Translations under genes and position numbers: made by a program | DNA from: Acidaminococcales bacterium | Lineage (GTDB): Bacteria > Bacillota > Negativicutes > Acidaminococcales > JAISLQ01 | Direction: 5' to 3' | DNA: 64,000 nt | Assembly (NCBI GenBank): GCA_031551525.1 | Contig: JAVBNN010000023.1 | Coordinates: forward strand, 46,442 to 110,441 | The notes under the pieces: model-generated | The model's database searches: none | The model's input: the letters and a program-made list of their open reading frames with translations, nothing else | Told to the model about the DNA's origin: nothing | Shown here: positions 44,351 to 53,812 of the stretch, in pieces | Numbering within the stretch: the first letter of the stretch is position 1 | Layout: every line of letters begins with the position of its first letter

Positions 44351-46793
44351 GCCTAAAACCTTTTTGCGTTCCGTAATCCACGCCGACTCTTATGTTGCCG
44401 CTGCGTTCCCAGCCTTTCAGTTGTTCCAAAATCCGGTTTATGCGCAGGGCTTCATGCCTTTGTGGTAAATATCTATTGTTAAAACATTCCTGCCAAACTT
44501 CCGCTGCGCAAATACGGTCGCGCGGCACCAGGCGCCCTTCGTATTTCAGGCCCCCGCCCCAGAACATATTCCGGCGGGCCAGCTCCCACTTTTGCCAATC
44601 TTCCGGTACGGCTTTACTCAAAAATTCTTCTATCTGTCCCTGCAAAGGGTCGCGGTCGAAATGTTCCTCCCGCCGTTTTTCCGCCTCGCCCTCCAGCTCT
44701 GTACCGTTTGGCAGATATAGCGGCTCTCCTTGCCGGTAGTACGCCACCGCCTCCGCCCAAAGTTGGTTTATCTCGTTGTCGGTCAAATCTTTGAATACCG
44801 ACTTCGTCGGTTCTTGGATAAGAGCGTCTACTGGCCAAAAGCGACGGTTGCCTGTTGCGTCTTTTAGAAAATCGTGGTCGTTCGTCGTGCCGAAGAACAC
44901 GCACCTGCGCGGGTGTTTTTCCACTATCCGCCCATACGCGGCGCGGTACTGGTCGTCGCATTTAGAAAGAAAGGATTTTACTGCCCGGACGTCTGCCTTA
45001 TCGAAAGCTTCCATTTCGCTGATCTCTACTATCCAAACGCCCTGTATCAGCTCGGCGGCTTCTTTGCCTTCAAAAGTCCTCACGCTGTCGGAAAACCAGC
45101 CTCTGCCCAGTTTGGCAAACAAAGTAGACTTGCCGATGCCCTGCTTGCCGCAGATAACCGTCATACAGTCAAATTTGATACCGGGATTGAACGCCCGGGC
45201 CACCGCCGCCACGATCGCCTTGCGCGTCACCGCGCGCGTGTAGGCGCAGTCCTCGGCCCCCAGGTATTCAATATAAAGGGTGTCGAGGCGCGGCGTGCCG
45301 TCCCACTGTATCGTACTGAGATAAGCGGTCACCGGGTTGTAGCTGTGTGCCGTAGCGCATAAAATGACTGCGTCTGTGGTAAGGTCTTTTCCCCGGGTAT
45401 CGAATATCGCCTCAATGTGACTGCGTATTCCGGCGTAATCGGCGTCCGTCCATTTAAAAAGCCCGCTGGTGGTGTCGCGCCCCGCCCAGGGGAGCGGCGC
45501 CACCCCCATGATAAATTCGGAAAATTCATCCCACAGTATCCGGCCTTTTAGCCGCGGATCATATTCGAGGGCCAAGAGTACGTTTTTTATGGTCTTGACC
45601 GGCGCAAGAGAGGTTTTTGACTTTATAAGGACTTTCATCCAGTCGACGTCCGTCACTCCGGCAATGCTGCTAAGGTCGCGCGTCGCCTTTTCGTAGCGCT
45701 CCCGGTTGACCATATCCGCCACCGGTTCCTGCTGCAAGGCAAATTCGCACATGGCCAGATAGGACGGTATCTTGTGGGTGGGCGTGCCCGCCTTTGCTTC
45801 CTCGTCGAGGTGGCCGAACTTATGCAGGCGCACCAGGTCGAAAGCGTTAACCAGTTGGCCGCTGGTCGGGTCGGTCGAATGGTGGGAATAAAGGAATTTA
45901 CCATCGTCGTACACCACCGCGCCGCCGGCCGTTGTACCGTGCGTGTAGGTATAGCGGCCTGGTATGTCGGTCGCGGCATATTCCCCCGGCAGGAAAGCAT
46001 CCAGCGCCGCGTAAACGTCATAGCATTTACAGAAAGCCCCGATAACGCCGGTCTTTTCTTCTGGATCACCCTGCCGGGCGGCTGTCTTTGTCCGCAGTTC
46101 CTTTTCCCCCGGCACGTCCGGCCATTGGCTGACGTCCTGCCAGGCCGCTCTTGCGCCGTCCGTGGCGCCCGCGGCACTCGGCCCTCCTTGGCCAGCGTTT
46201 CCATATAAGGCAAGGACTCCATCGGCTGACAGAAAAGGCTTGTCCTCGAACTGGAATATGTATTGGCTGTTACTGCTGCAACTTGGCCAATACATTAAAC
46301 GGTGCGCCTCGAAGGTCGTCGGGTCGCACAGGTTGAGGCCGATGAGCTCGGCCAGCTTTCTGGCTACCGGCTGGTATTCATCCACCGCCAGCGGCCGGTC
46401 GGTCGGCAGCACCACCCGGAGGCGCGGCGCGGCCGGCTCGTGTTTGCGGGTGGAGTAAACCGCGTAGCCGCAATTCAGAGCAGACAGGCGACGGAGAACG
46501 TCGTCTGTTCCACCGGCCGGTATCTGGTCGAGGTCAAGCGTTATCAGGTCGCGGTTCTTTATGTTGTGCGCCTTCCGGCGCCCGGAAAGAGCGCCGCCCA
46601 CAAAGCCGCCGACGTCTTTTAATTCGTTCTGGTCACCCTTCGGCAGGGCCAGGTAGTCGGCCAGCGTCTCCGGGCTTTTTACCGGCACGCGCAGCTTGTC
46701 GATGAACTCAGACCACCAGAGCGTTTGTTGTATCCAGTCGAGCGCCTTTCTCGACGTGGCCGTTGAAATTGTTATTTGTCGGTTGTGCTGCAT
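44262..46793 (-). CDS. DNA primase/helicase (prim-pol-like N-terminus + VirE-family P-loop NTPase)
   Basis: 843 aa. Walker A VICGKQGIGKST, VirE-like C-terminal half, and an N-terminal primase-like region (LITLDLDQ...YAVYSTRKH). Confidence 0.85.
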   Translation of the reverse strand: MQHNRQITISTATSRKALDWIQQTLWWSEFIDKLRVPVKSPETLADYLALPKGDQNELKDVGGFVGGALSGRRKAHNIKNRDLITLDLDQIPAGGTDDVLRRLSALNCGYAVYSTRKHEPAAPRLRVVLPTDRPLAVDEYQPVARKLAELIGLNLCDPTTFEAHRLMYWPSCSSNSQYIFQFEDKPFLSADGVLALYGNAGQGGPSAAGATDGARAAWQDVSQWPDVPGEKELRTKTAARQGDPEEKTGVIGAFCKCYDVYAALDAFLPGEYAATDIPGRYTYTHGTTAGGAVVYDDGKFLYSHHSTDPTSGQLVNAFDLVRLHKFGHLDEEAKAGTPTHKIPSYLAMCEFALQQEPVADMVNRERYEKATRDLSSIAGVTDVDWMKVLIKSKTSLAPVKTIKNVLLALEYDPRLKGRILWDEFSEFIMGVAPLPWAGRDTTSGLFKWTDADYAGIRSHIEAIFDTRGKDLTTDAVILCATAHSYNPVTAYLSTIQWDGTPRLDTLYIEYLGAEDCAYTRAVTRKAIVAAVARAFNPGIKFDCMTVICGKQGIGKSTLFAKLGRGWFSDSVRTFEGKEAAELIQGVWIVEISEMEAFDKADVRAVKSFLSKCDDQYRAAYGRIVEKHPRRCVFFGTTNDHDFLKDATGNRRFWPVDALIQEPTKSVFKDLTDNEINQLWAEAVAYYRQGEPLYLPNGTELEGEAEKRREEHFDRDPLQGQIEEFLSKAVPEDWQKWELARRNMFWGGGLKYEGRLVPRDRICAAEVWQECFNNRYLPQRHEALRINRILEQLKGWERSGNIRVGVDYGTQKGFRRVNQVGAEVLTLSKKLVHTTVNLVNEQKA

Positions 46794-46857
46794 GGTATTA
46801 CCTCTGTAATATGTTTTTCGTTTGTGCTATACTCGAAAATAAAAAGGTCGTGAAAAC

Positions 46858-47613
46858 ATGCGTAACATAAAGTTTCCTATTTGCGATGAAAATTACATTG
46901 AAGATACATATTCTAAGGAGTTATGGGGCGATTTAGCGGTTGAGTGCCCACATTGCGAATATGATGTAGAGCCCAAAGTAGTCGTGGGTTGCGCCTATTT
47001 TCATCCTGAAAGCGAAACTGGTGAAGCTTTCGCTTTCGCTATGTGCCCCAGGTGTGAAGAAAAGATATTTATCAAATACACATTAGCCGTTGAACCATAC
47101 CAATATGGTGAATTTGGCATGAATGGCGAAACGCACTACTTAGCAATTCGTAAGCCACAAACTTATCCTGCTGGATCTGTATATTATGACCCAGAAAGCA
47201 TTGAGCAAATTTCTCCTGCTTTTATAAAAATATACCGCCAAGCCTTACAAGCTGAAAATATGGGGCTTGATGAGGTTTGCGGCGCAGGCTACCGACGCGC
47301 AGTTGAGTTTTTAATTAGGGATTATTTGATCGAAACTTTGCCAGATGAAGCTGAAAAAATTCCATCCTGGCCATTTGCAGATTGTATTAACAAACTAGAT
47401 GATGATACAAAAACACTTACACAAGGAATAAGCTGGCTATCGACTGATTTTGTCCACTACTCTAAAAATTACGAGGATTATAGCCTAGACGATCTCAAAG
47501 AATTTATAGACCTTCTTGTTCTGCGGTTTCAAAGTAAAATCAAAGAGACTCTGGCAATAAAAAAGATTGCTAACATACAAGAAAAACGAAAAGCAAACGG
47601 AACTAAGAAATAA
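46858..47613 (+). CDS. Zn-ribbon + DUF4145-like protein (moron; candidate defence gene)
   Basis: N-terminal CPHC...CPRC. C-terminal IYRQALQAENMGLDEVCGAGYRRAVEFLIRDYL resembles the DUF4145 core. Opposite strand to the replication genes, with its own TGcTATACT promoter at 46825-46833. Confidence 0.5.
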   Translation: MRNIKFPICDENYIEDTYSKELWGDLAVECPHCEYDVEPKVVVGCAYFHPESETGEAFAFAMCPRCEEKIFIKYTLAVEPYQYGEFGMNGETHYLAIRKPQTYPAGSVYYDPESIEQISPAFIKIYRQALQAENMGLDEVCGAGYRRAVEFLIRDYLIETLPDEAEKIPSWPFADCINKLDDDTKTLTQGISWLSTDFVHYSKNYEDYSLDDLKEFIDLLVLRFQSKIKETLAIKKIANIQEKRKANGTKK

Positions 47614-47794
47614 CCACGCTTTCTACACCCACGCAAATAACACTCTCTTCTTTGTAGAAAAACATACTCGGATTGCCTGTTATACTGCTAAACCCAACAA
47701 CAATACCTTCGCCAAAAGCCTCATGTGTAACAAAAGCTCCTGCTTTCAAGTTTGTGTTTGCAGGGGCTTCTTTTATTGTTTTTACTTCTTTCAT
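47603..47794 (-). CDS. 63-aa hypothetical protein (SH3/Tudor-like G..V.H..FGEG.V motif)
   Basis: MKEVKTIKE...AGAFVTHEAFGEGIVVGF. GAGGTGGG RBS, 11 nt after the polymerase stop. Confidence 0.45.
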   Translation of the reverse strand: MKEVKTIKEAPANTNLKAGAFVTHEAFGEGIVVGFSSITGNPSMFFYKEESVICVGVESVVIS

Positions 47795-47804
47795 CAAACC
47801 CACC

Positions 47805-49832
47805 TCATTCCTTCTTGTAAAATTCACAAATAAATCCTTCCGCTTTCAACAAAAGCCCCGGCGCCCACGCTATCGGCCGCCCCATCACTTCACAAATAAA
47901 GCCCACCGCCTCCGGCTTGTCTACCTCAAAAACCGCCTCGTCGTGCACATGCATAACTATTTGGTAGTACGGCGCAGTCGCCAGCAGGGCTTCGGCCAGG
48001 CAGTCGCGGGCGATGGCTTGCACGATGTTCTCCACCAGCTTGCCGCCGTAGGTTTCCTGTACCCCCCACTTCTTGGTTTCCTGGTCCATGCCGTAGTAGT
48101 GAAGGCTGTCACTGCCGAATTGGTTTGGCGCGAGGAAGGGCTTTGCATAAAACAGCTTGCGCCCGCTGGGCAGTGTGATTGTGAAAAAATCCATCGCCGC
48201 TTCTGCGCCATCCGTGGCGCCCGCGGCATTCGGTCTCCTGACCATCCCGCTGCCAAGGTCGCACGCTCTTGCAAACCATACGCCCCTCACATTGACCGGC
48301 CGCCCAGTCTGCATAACCTCGATTGCGGCCCTTTCGACTTTGTACCATAAGTCGACTATCCGTTTATTGGCGTTGCGCCAGCGGCGCACTATCTCCGGCA
48401 GCTCGTCTTCCATCAGCCCCATCGTGAGGGCGCCCATATTTATTAGCGCACCCTTGCTGCCCTGGTAGCCGAGGGCCAATTCCGCCACTTTGCCTTTTTG
48501 CCGCAACTCGTATTCCGGGTTGCCTTTTTTTATCAACTCCAGCGGCACGCCAAACATGGCCGAGGCCGAGGCTTCATAAATCTTTCCGTGGGTGGCGAAT
48601 ACGTCCTGCCGCCATTGTTCCCCGGCCAGCCAGGCTATCACCCGCGCCTCTATGGCGCTAAAGTCCGCTACCGCGAACACTTTACCCGGGGGAGGCACGA
48701 AAGCCGTTCTAATGAGCTGGGAGAGCGTGTCAGGTATGTTTCCATACACCACTTTCAGAGCGTCGAGCTTCTTTCCTTTTACACACTCGCGGGCATGTTC
48801 CAGCGTTTCGAGGTAGTTTCGCGGGAGGTTTTGCACCTGCACGATGCGCCCCGCCCAGCGTCCGGTACGATTGGCACCGTAAAATTGCAACAGCCCCCGC
48901 ATCCGCCCGTCAGCGCAAACAGCCTCGCGCATGGCGTAATACTTTTTGACCGAGGTCTTGGCCAGCTCTTGGCGTATCTCTAAAATCCGTTTCACTATCA
49001 GGTCTTTTGTATTTTCGGCCAGCTCTTTTACAGTGGCTTTTTGCATATTCGGCGCGTCTACGCCATGGCCGCTGAGCCAACCGGAAAGCTGCACCGCGCT
49101 GTTTGGGTTATCAAGGCCAGACAGTTGTTGCGCCTCTGCCATCAGTTGGCCGTTCACCACGTCGTCGCAGTGGATGGCGCTGTCTACCAGTTCCATATCC
49201 ACCGCCACGCCGGCCGTATTTATATTCTGGTCGAGGCGGTAAAGCATTTCCTCTTTCTCCGGAACCGGCCAGGCTTTGAGTTTTTCCAGCACGGCCATTT
49301 CCGCCACTACGTCCTGCTGGCAGTATTCTTTAAACAACTCCCAGCGTTCCGGTTCGTGATGCGGCAAGGTGCGCGTCCGGCCGCCGTTCGATTTAGTCGG
49401 TTTGACCGGTGAGCAAAACGTCCTTATCAGGGCCGCGCCGACTGAGGATTTACGTTTGTCCTCCGGGAGGCCGAGCACTGACGATATGGCCGCCAGGCCC
49501 ATCGGGTAACCACAATACAGGCCGTGTAGCTGTGTGCAGCGCCATTGTTCCAACGGCGTTTGCGCTATCCTGTTCAGGCAATACCATTCAAACGCGGCAT
49601 TGTAGGCGTGTTTTATTACATTCGGGTCTTGCAGGGCAACTTTTAAGGCCAACCAGCCGGGATCTGTCTGACTGTCCGGACGAGTAAAGTCTATTATGCC
49701 GACTTCCCCGCCATCCCAGGAGTAAGCCAGTAGAAGTATTTGAAAATCGGGGGACTGCACATACTTGTACAGCCCCGATTTTTTAATATCCACTGGCGAA
49801 AATGTTTCCAAATCTACGGACAAATGACGCAT
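47805..49832 (-). CDS. Family A DNA polymerase with 3'-5' exonuclease domain
   Basis: Exo I (SVDLETFS), motif A (DFSAIEARVIAWL), motif B (RQKGKVAELALGYQG) and motif C (VMHVHDEAVF). Confidence 0.9.
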   Translation of the reverse strand: MRHLSVDLETFSPVDIKKSGLYKYVQSPDFQILLLAYSWDGGEVGIIDFTRPDSQTDPGWLALKVALQDPNVIKHAYNAAFEWYCLNRIAQTPLEQWRCTQLHGLYCGYPMGLAAISSVLGLPEDKRKSSVGAALIRTFCSPVKPTKSNGGRTRTLPHHEPERWELFKEYCQQDVVAEMAVLEKLKAWPVPEKEEMLYRLDQNINTAGVAVDMELVDSAIHCDDVVNGQLMAEAQQLSGLDNPNSAVQLSGWLSGHGVDAPNMQKATVKELAENTKDLIVKRILEIRQELAKTSVKKYYAMREAVCADGRMRGLLQFYGANRTGRWAGRIVQVQNLPRNYLETLEHARECVKGKKLDALKVVYGNIPDTLSQLIRTAFVPPPGKVFAVADFSAIEARVIAWLAGEQWRQDVFATHGKIYEASASAMFGVPLELIKKGNPEYELRQKGKVAELALGYQGSKGALINMGALTMGLMEDELPEIVRRWRNANKRIVDLWYKVERAAIEVMQTGRPVNVRGVWFARACDLGSGMVRRPNAAGATDGAEAAMDFFTITLPSGRKLFYAKPFLAPNQFGSDSLHYYGMDQETKKWGVQETYGGKLVENIVQAIARDCLAEALLATAPYYQIVMHVHDEAVFEVDKPEAVGFICEVMGRPIAWAPGLLLKAEGFICEFYKKE

Positions 49833-49836
49833 GGCG

Positions 49837-50520
49837 TCAACCTGTAATAGGCAGCCCGGTTATAGGGTCGACCGGCGCTGCTTGCGGCGGGTAAGCCGGG
49901 TAGCCGTAGTTTGGTGCAACCGGAGCGGGAGCCGGATTATAGGCCGGTTGTGTTGGCGCAGGTGCGGCAGCGTATTGTTGTCCGGTCAGCGCCGCCAGAT
50001 CCTCATTTACCGAAGTCCGGCCGCCGAGTGGTTCTCCATCTTCAATTTTTATAATGCTGGACAGGCTGCACCCGACACCCTTTTTCTGGTTGTTGTAAGG
50101 GAAGAAGTCAAGTCCGACATGCGCGTACACGCCGCTGTATATTTCACTTTCGCCGATTATCGGATTGCCGCCAAGGTCGACGATCTGCGGACGGAACTTG
50201 GAACTTGCTGTAAATACCCAGTGCCCCTTACACTCGTCACCGTACTGCTGCCCGTCCGAAGGGCGGCCGCCGTCACCGTCGTAAATAGGTATCGCCAGTA
50301 TCTGCGGCTTCACCCCCGCCCACAGTTTGCTGATGCCTTCCTGGATGGCGGCGTTTATCGCCCCGTCTATCCGTTGGCGTGTCGGAAAGTCGGTTTTCGG
50401 TATCAGTATGGTCGAGCTGTATTTAGCTTCGCCTCCGTCTTTGCCGGGCTTCGGGTTGAACACATTTACATAACTGAGTCTTGCCTTACCTGTAACAATA
50501 TGTTTCCGATCTGTTGCCAT
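49837..50520 (-). CDS. DUF2815 family single-stranded DNA-binding protein (T7 gp2.5-like)
   Basis: GKARLSYVNVFNPK...YSSTILIPK pattern, a proline-rich tail, and conserved synteny with DUF2800 and PolA. Confidence 0.7.
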   Translation of the reverse strand: MATDRKHIVTGKARLSYVNVFNPKPGKDGGEAKYSSTILIPKTDFPTRQRIDGAINAAIQEGISKLWAGVKPQILAIPIYDGDGGRPSDGQQYGDECKGHWVFTASSKFRPQIVDLGGNPIIGESEIYSGVYAHVGLDFFPYNNQKKGVGCSLSSIIKIEDGEPLGGRTSVNEDLAALTGQQYAAAPAPTQPAYNPAPAPVAPNYGYPAYPPQAAPVDPITGLPITG

Positions 50521-50521
50521 T

Positions 50522-51715
50522 TTATTTACCTTCACTTTCTTTTATTTGCTGGATATCGTCCAGCACGCTTGTTTTGACATAAGGTTCACGGGGATCGCTT
50601 TCCGGAACCAGCGCCGGTTTACCCGGCGGCCGCACGATGTGTTCGCCCAAAAGGTCGCCGAACTTCTTTTTGCCCAAGAGTTTTTCCGTATCGGGTAAGC
50701 TTATCGGCCGCCTCTCATAAAGCAGCGCTTCGTCTATGCCGGAAGCTTTAAGTACGCCAAAGGCAGTGTCAACGTCAACGAAGTTTCTGTTGCCCGCCCG
50801 GCCTTCGACCAGTTTCCAGCCGGGTATTTCACTGCCGCGCAGCGCTTCTGTGAGGGCGAAGTCTTTTACCTCGTTGGCCCATTTCACCAGGCCGTCTACC
50901 CGCGCTATGATCTCGCTGATTTCTTCCAGCGTCAACAGTTCCGGCAACTTCTTTTGGTAGTCGCGTTCCAGTGCGAGGTTAGCGTCTGCCCGTGCCCGGC
51001 AAAGTGACCGCGCCCGGCAAAAGCGGCAGTGGTCGCCGTCTTTAAATTCTCCTTTGCCCTCGAAGGCTATCTGCGCTATCGGTTTTGCATATTCGCCCCA
51101 GGCTAAAAGGCTTTCGAGCGGCATTTCAAAACTGGTGATACTGCCGATACGCGGCTGCACTATGGCCATCACGACTTTTTCTATTTGGTAGAAGAGGCCA
51201 TACAGCGCGTGGGCGCCGAGTGCATAAAGCATCATCTGAGGGTTATTTTCCGCGCTGACTGATACGCCTTTACCGTATTTGTAGTCAACGACGCACAGCG
51301 TGTCGCCGCCGATCATAACGAGGTCGGATGTGCCGAAGCCCTCCGGCGCGATGTGGGAAAAATCGAGGCGCTTTTCTATACCAGCCGTCGGCTTGTCCGC
51401 ATACTTCATGTATAGTTCGCTGATAAATTCTTTGTAGGTGTTGGCGTGTTCCAGCATTTCATCTTGCCAGAGCGGGTTTTCTTTCAGCTTTTTTAACCGG
51501 TTGTTAAAGGCTTTTACGCCCATCGGCTCAAGATATTTCCGCATTACCAGCTCCGCAGCTTCGTGGGCGAGGCTCCCTTCCGCTGCATATTCCGATGCGG
51601 TGTCCGGCAGGGTCTCGCCGAGCCTTGCCGATGGCGGACAGTTCAGCCATGTGCTGGCCGACGATGCGCTAAGAAGCGCGTGCGCCGACTGCTGTTCCGC
51701 TTTCTTTGCAGTCAT
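50522..51715 (-). CDS. DUF2800 family PD-(D/E)xK (Cas4/RecB-like) nuclease
   Basis: 397 aa. N-terminal LSASSASTWLNCP, DYKYGKG core, and a C-terminal Cys cluster CRFCRARSLC. Confidence 0.75.
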   Translation of the reverse strand: MTAKKAEQQSAHALLSASSASTWLNCPPSARLGETLPDTASEYAAEGSLAHEAAELVMRKYLEPMGVKAFNNRLKKLKENPLWQDEMLEHANTYKEFISELYMKYADKPTAGIEKRLDFSHIAPEGFGTSDLVMIGGDTLCVVDYKYGKGVSVSAENNPQMMLYALGAHALYGLFYQIEKVVMAIVQPRIGSITSFEMPLESLLAWGEYAKPIAQIAFEGKGEFKDGDHCRFCRARSLCRARADANLALERDYQKKLPELLTLEEISEIIARVDGLVKWANEVKDFALTEALRGSEIPGWKLVEGRAGNRNFVDVDTAFGVLKASGIDEALLYERRPISLPDTEKLLGKKKFGDLLGEHIVRPPGKPALVPESDPREPYVKTSVLDDIQQIKESEGK

Positions 51716-52167
51716 ATCTTCGCCCCCATAGCGCGCAGCTTCGTAGCCAGCGCACCGTAGTGTTCTGGAGCAAGGTTGGTTAAACTCGGCGCACCGAAAG
51801 AACGGATCAGCGCCAGAACTTCATCCCTGCGCCCGGCGTCCACGAGCTGCGTCATGGCGACCGCCAGCTGGTTTTGTGTGTAGACCGGCGCGGCAGTTGG
51901 TACGGCTACCGGTACGGGGTTTGTCATTGGCGCGGGTGCCAGAGCAACCGGCGCAGGAATTGGCGCCGGGGCCTGTACTGCCGGGGGCGCAACTGGCGCA
52001 GTTACTGGTTCGGGATTCGTCATTCGCCCAGCAGGAAACGGTGCGGGTTTGTTTTCATCCCTTGTCGGCGCATTGAAAGGCTCTATTCCCCGGTTTTGTA
52101 TATTAGCTAAATGATTGATAGCAGCCACCAGTTCCGGGGCCTCGATTTTCACAGTTATTTCAAACAT
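51712..52167 (-). CDS. Hypothetical protein with Pro/Ala-rich linker
   Basis: ATG at 52167 has an AAGGAG RBS. First gene of the DUF2800-SSB-PolA block. Confidence 0.5.
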   Translation of the reverse strand: MFEITVKIEAPELVAAINHLANIQNRGIEPFNAPTRDENKPAPFPAGRMTNPEPVTAPVAPPAVQAPAPIPAPVALAPAPMTNPVPVAVPTAAPVYTQNQLAVAMTQLVDAGRRDEVLALIRSFGAPSLTNLAPEHYGALATKLRAMGAKI

Positions 52168-52189
52168 AGTTTCATTCTCCTTTTTTGAT

Positions 52190-52294
52190 TTACTTTGATA
52201 TCCCATCTATCAATTCCCTGTGCCTCAGCACCCAGCAGACGATGGCAACGGCCACCGAAAAGTAAAAGAACTCCCAAAGCAACAAGTCTTTCAT
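52190..52294 (-). CDS. 34-aa hydrophobic peptide (hypothetical)
   Basis: MKDLLLWEFFYFSVAVAIVCWVLRHRELIDGISK. Its ATG overlaps the stop of the upstream 42-aa ORF (ATGA). Confidence 0.3.
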   Translation of the reverse strand: MKDLLLWEFFYFSVAVAIVCWVLRHRELIDGISK

Positions 52295-52419
52295 GTCATT
52301 ACTACACTGTGGTACACCAGTACGATCAACGAAACACATATAACCGCGATACCCAAACGCTCCATTGCTATGGTGTCTACCTGCACACGTTGCAAACGCA
52401 GTCTTTCGGAAAACTTCAT
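52291..52419 (-). CDS. 42-aa hydrophobic peptide (hypothetical)
   Basis: MKFSERLRLQRVQVDTIAMERLGIAVICVSLIVLVYHSVVMT, downstream of the HTH gene in the early operon. Confidence 0.3.
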   Translation of the reverse strand: MKFSERLRLQRVQVDTIAMERLGIAVICVSLIVLVYHSVVMT

Positions 52420-52453
52420 TTTGCTATCCCCTTTCATATTTTGGAGATATCTG

Positions 52454-52849
52454 CTACAATGTACTTGATATTGATGAGCCGATATCTTTTTGCCCCGCCT
52501 GGGGCGGATTAGTCGTCAGCGTTGCCGCGCTGGCGGCTTTTGCTTTTTCCAGCCTTGCCTTTTGGATATCAGTCAACTTCCCTCCTTTCTTTGGCGCCAA
52601 GAGTCTGCGCATCAACTCAGAATCCGCCGTGATTTCGGGCATGCTTACCTGCTTTACTTCCGGCTGGCGGCAAAGCGCATATTTTTCCAGCGCCTCAAGG
52701 CCTGCCGCCAGCGGTATCTTTATGTGCGCCTTGCCAGCAATTATGCAGGGGAGAGATCCCTCCATAGCCAGCTTGCGTATAGTGTTGAGGCTTACCCCCT
52801 GTACTTTTTTATGTAGCTCTCGCGGCGATACATACTGCGTTTCTGCCAT
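52454..52849 (-). CDS. Helix-turn-helix DNA-binding protein (excisionase/MerR-like HTH)
   Basis: N-terminus YVSPRELHKKVQGVSLNTIRKLAMEGSLPCIIAGKAHIKIPL is an excisionase-type wHTH. Confidence 0.5.
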   Translation of the reverse strand: MAETQYVSPRELHKKVQGVSLNTIRKLAMEGSLPCIIAGKAHIKIPLAAGLEALEKYALCRQPEVKQVSMPEITADSELMRRLLAPKKGGKLTDIQKARLEKAKAASAATLTTNPPQAGQKDIGSSISSTL

Positions 52850-52904
52850 TATTTTTCACCTCCTATATTTTGATGGTATAATCACCTTATGAAAGGAGGT
52901 GATT

Positions 52905-53399
52905 ATGATGGACGAGAAAGATTTTTTGAATCTCTTCATATCTCTGTTGGCATCGGTAATTTTCACATTATTTGTGTATGAACATTTAAAGAAAAACCTG
53001 GAAGACGCCTATATTGGTATTGCGGAAGAATGCATTAAAAATTTTGATTTACCAGAAGATACTTCGCCTGCGAAAATACTCCGTTTTGCTTATTTCATTT
53101 TTTCCGGTATTCTTTTTGTAATCTACGTAAAGACCCCTACGCTTTTGATGCCTGTAATCTTTGCAATACCGGCTGCTGTCATCTCACCGCCGATAATATT
53201 GCTTATATTGGTTATTTTTGCTTTTTCCATTTGGCACACATTGGCGTTTCTTTTTGATCTGATTTTATTTGTCGCATATGTGCCCAGTAAAATGTATCGC
53301 GATCGTGAAAACCCCAGTATTAAGCAGTTTAGAATGTTTGTAAGCTATTTGATGGTGTTAGTTTTTATTTGGGGTATCATCTGGGGTTACCTTAAATAA
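52905..53399 (+). CDS. Integral membrane protein (moron, ~164 aa)
   Basis: Perfect extended -10 TGGTATAAT at 52874-52882 and an AGGAGG RBS. 4-5 TM segments. Opposite strand to the early operon. Confidence 0.6.
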   Translation: MMDEKDFLNLFISLLASVIFTLFVYEHLKKNLEDAYIGIAEECIKNFDLPEDTSPAKILRFAYFIFSGILFVIYVKTPTLLMPVIFAIPAAVISPPIILLILVIFAFSIWHTLAFLFDLILFVAYVPSKMYRDRENPSIKQFRMFVSYLMVLVFIWGIIWGYLK

Positions 53400-53540
53400 C
53401 GCAATCATTTTCTTTTTCACTTCCGGCGCTTCGTCGACCAGCATCTTTACAAAGTACCAAGCCAAAAAAAGAAAAAGTTGAAACCAAACTAAAGATAAAA
53501 GAAATAAAAATATTTCCATTAACACAGTATTGTCCTTCAC
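53358..53540 (-). CDS. Small membrane protein (hypothetical; start uncertain)
   Basis: Hydrophobic core IFLFLLSLVWFQLFLFLAWYF. Several candidate starts (GTG 53540, GTG 53525, ATG 53519). Confidence 0.3.
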   Translation of the reverse strand: MKDNTVLMEIFLFLLSLVWFQLFLFLAWYFVKMLVDEAPEVKKKMIALFKVTPDDTPNKN

Positions 53541-53608
53541 CTCCTATGCCGTAGTTTTGGTTTGTATATGGTATAATCTATCTGTGAAGCCCCTGGAAAG
53601 AAGGCACA

Positions 53609-53800
53609 ATGCTGTTTAGCTACTACACTCTTGGCCTAACCCCCGAAGCCGTAAAGGCTTTGGTAGCAAACCTTAAAGCAGAAGGCAAGTCTACCGAAGA
53701 AATCATTGTCGAAGTTGTAAGCCAAAACAACCAGGATATTAACGCCAATCTCCGCTCCACCCTTCAATCCTTTGAAGATGAAATAAGAAAACTCCGATAA
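53609..53800 (+). CDS. 63-aa hypothetical protein (moron)
   Basis: Own extended -10 TGGTATAAT at 53569-53577 and a GAAAGAAGG RBS region. Confidence 0.45.
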   Translation: MLFSYYTLGLTPEAVKALVANLKAEGKSTEEIIVEVVSQNNQDINANLRSTLQSFEDEIRKLR

Positions 53801-53812
53801 CCGCGAGGGGCT

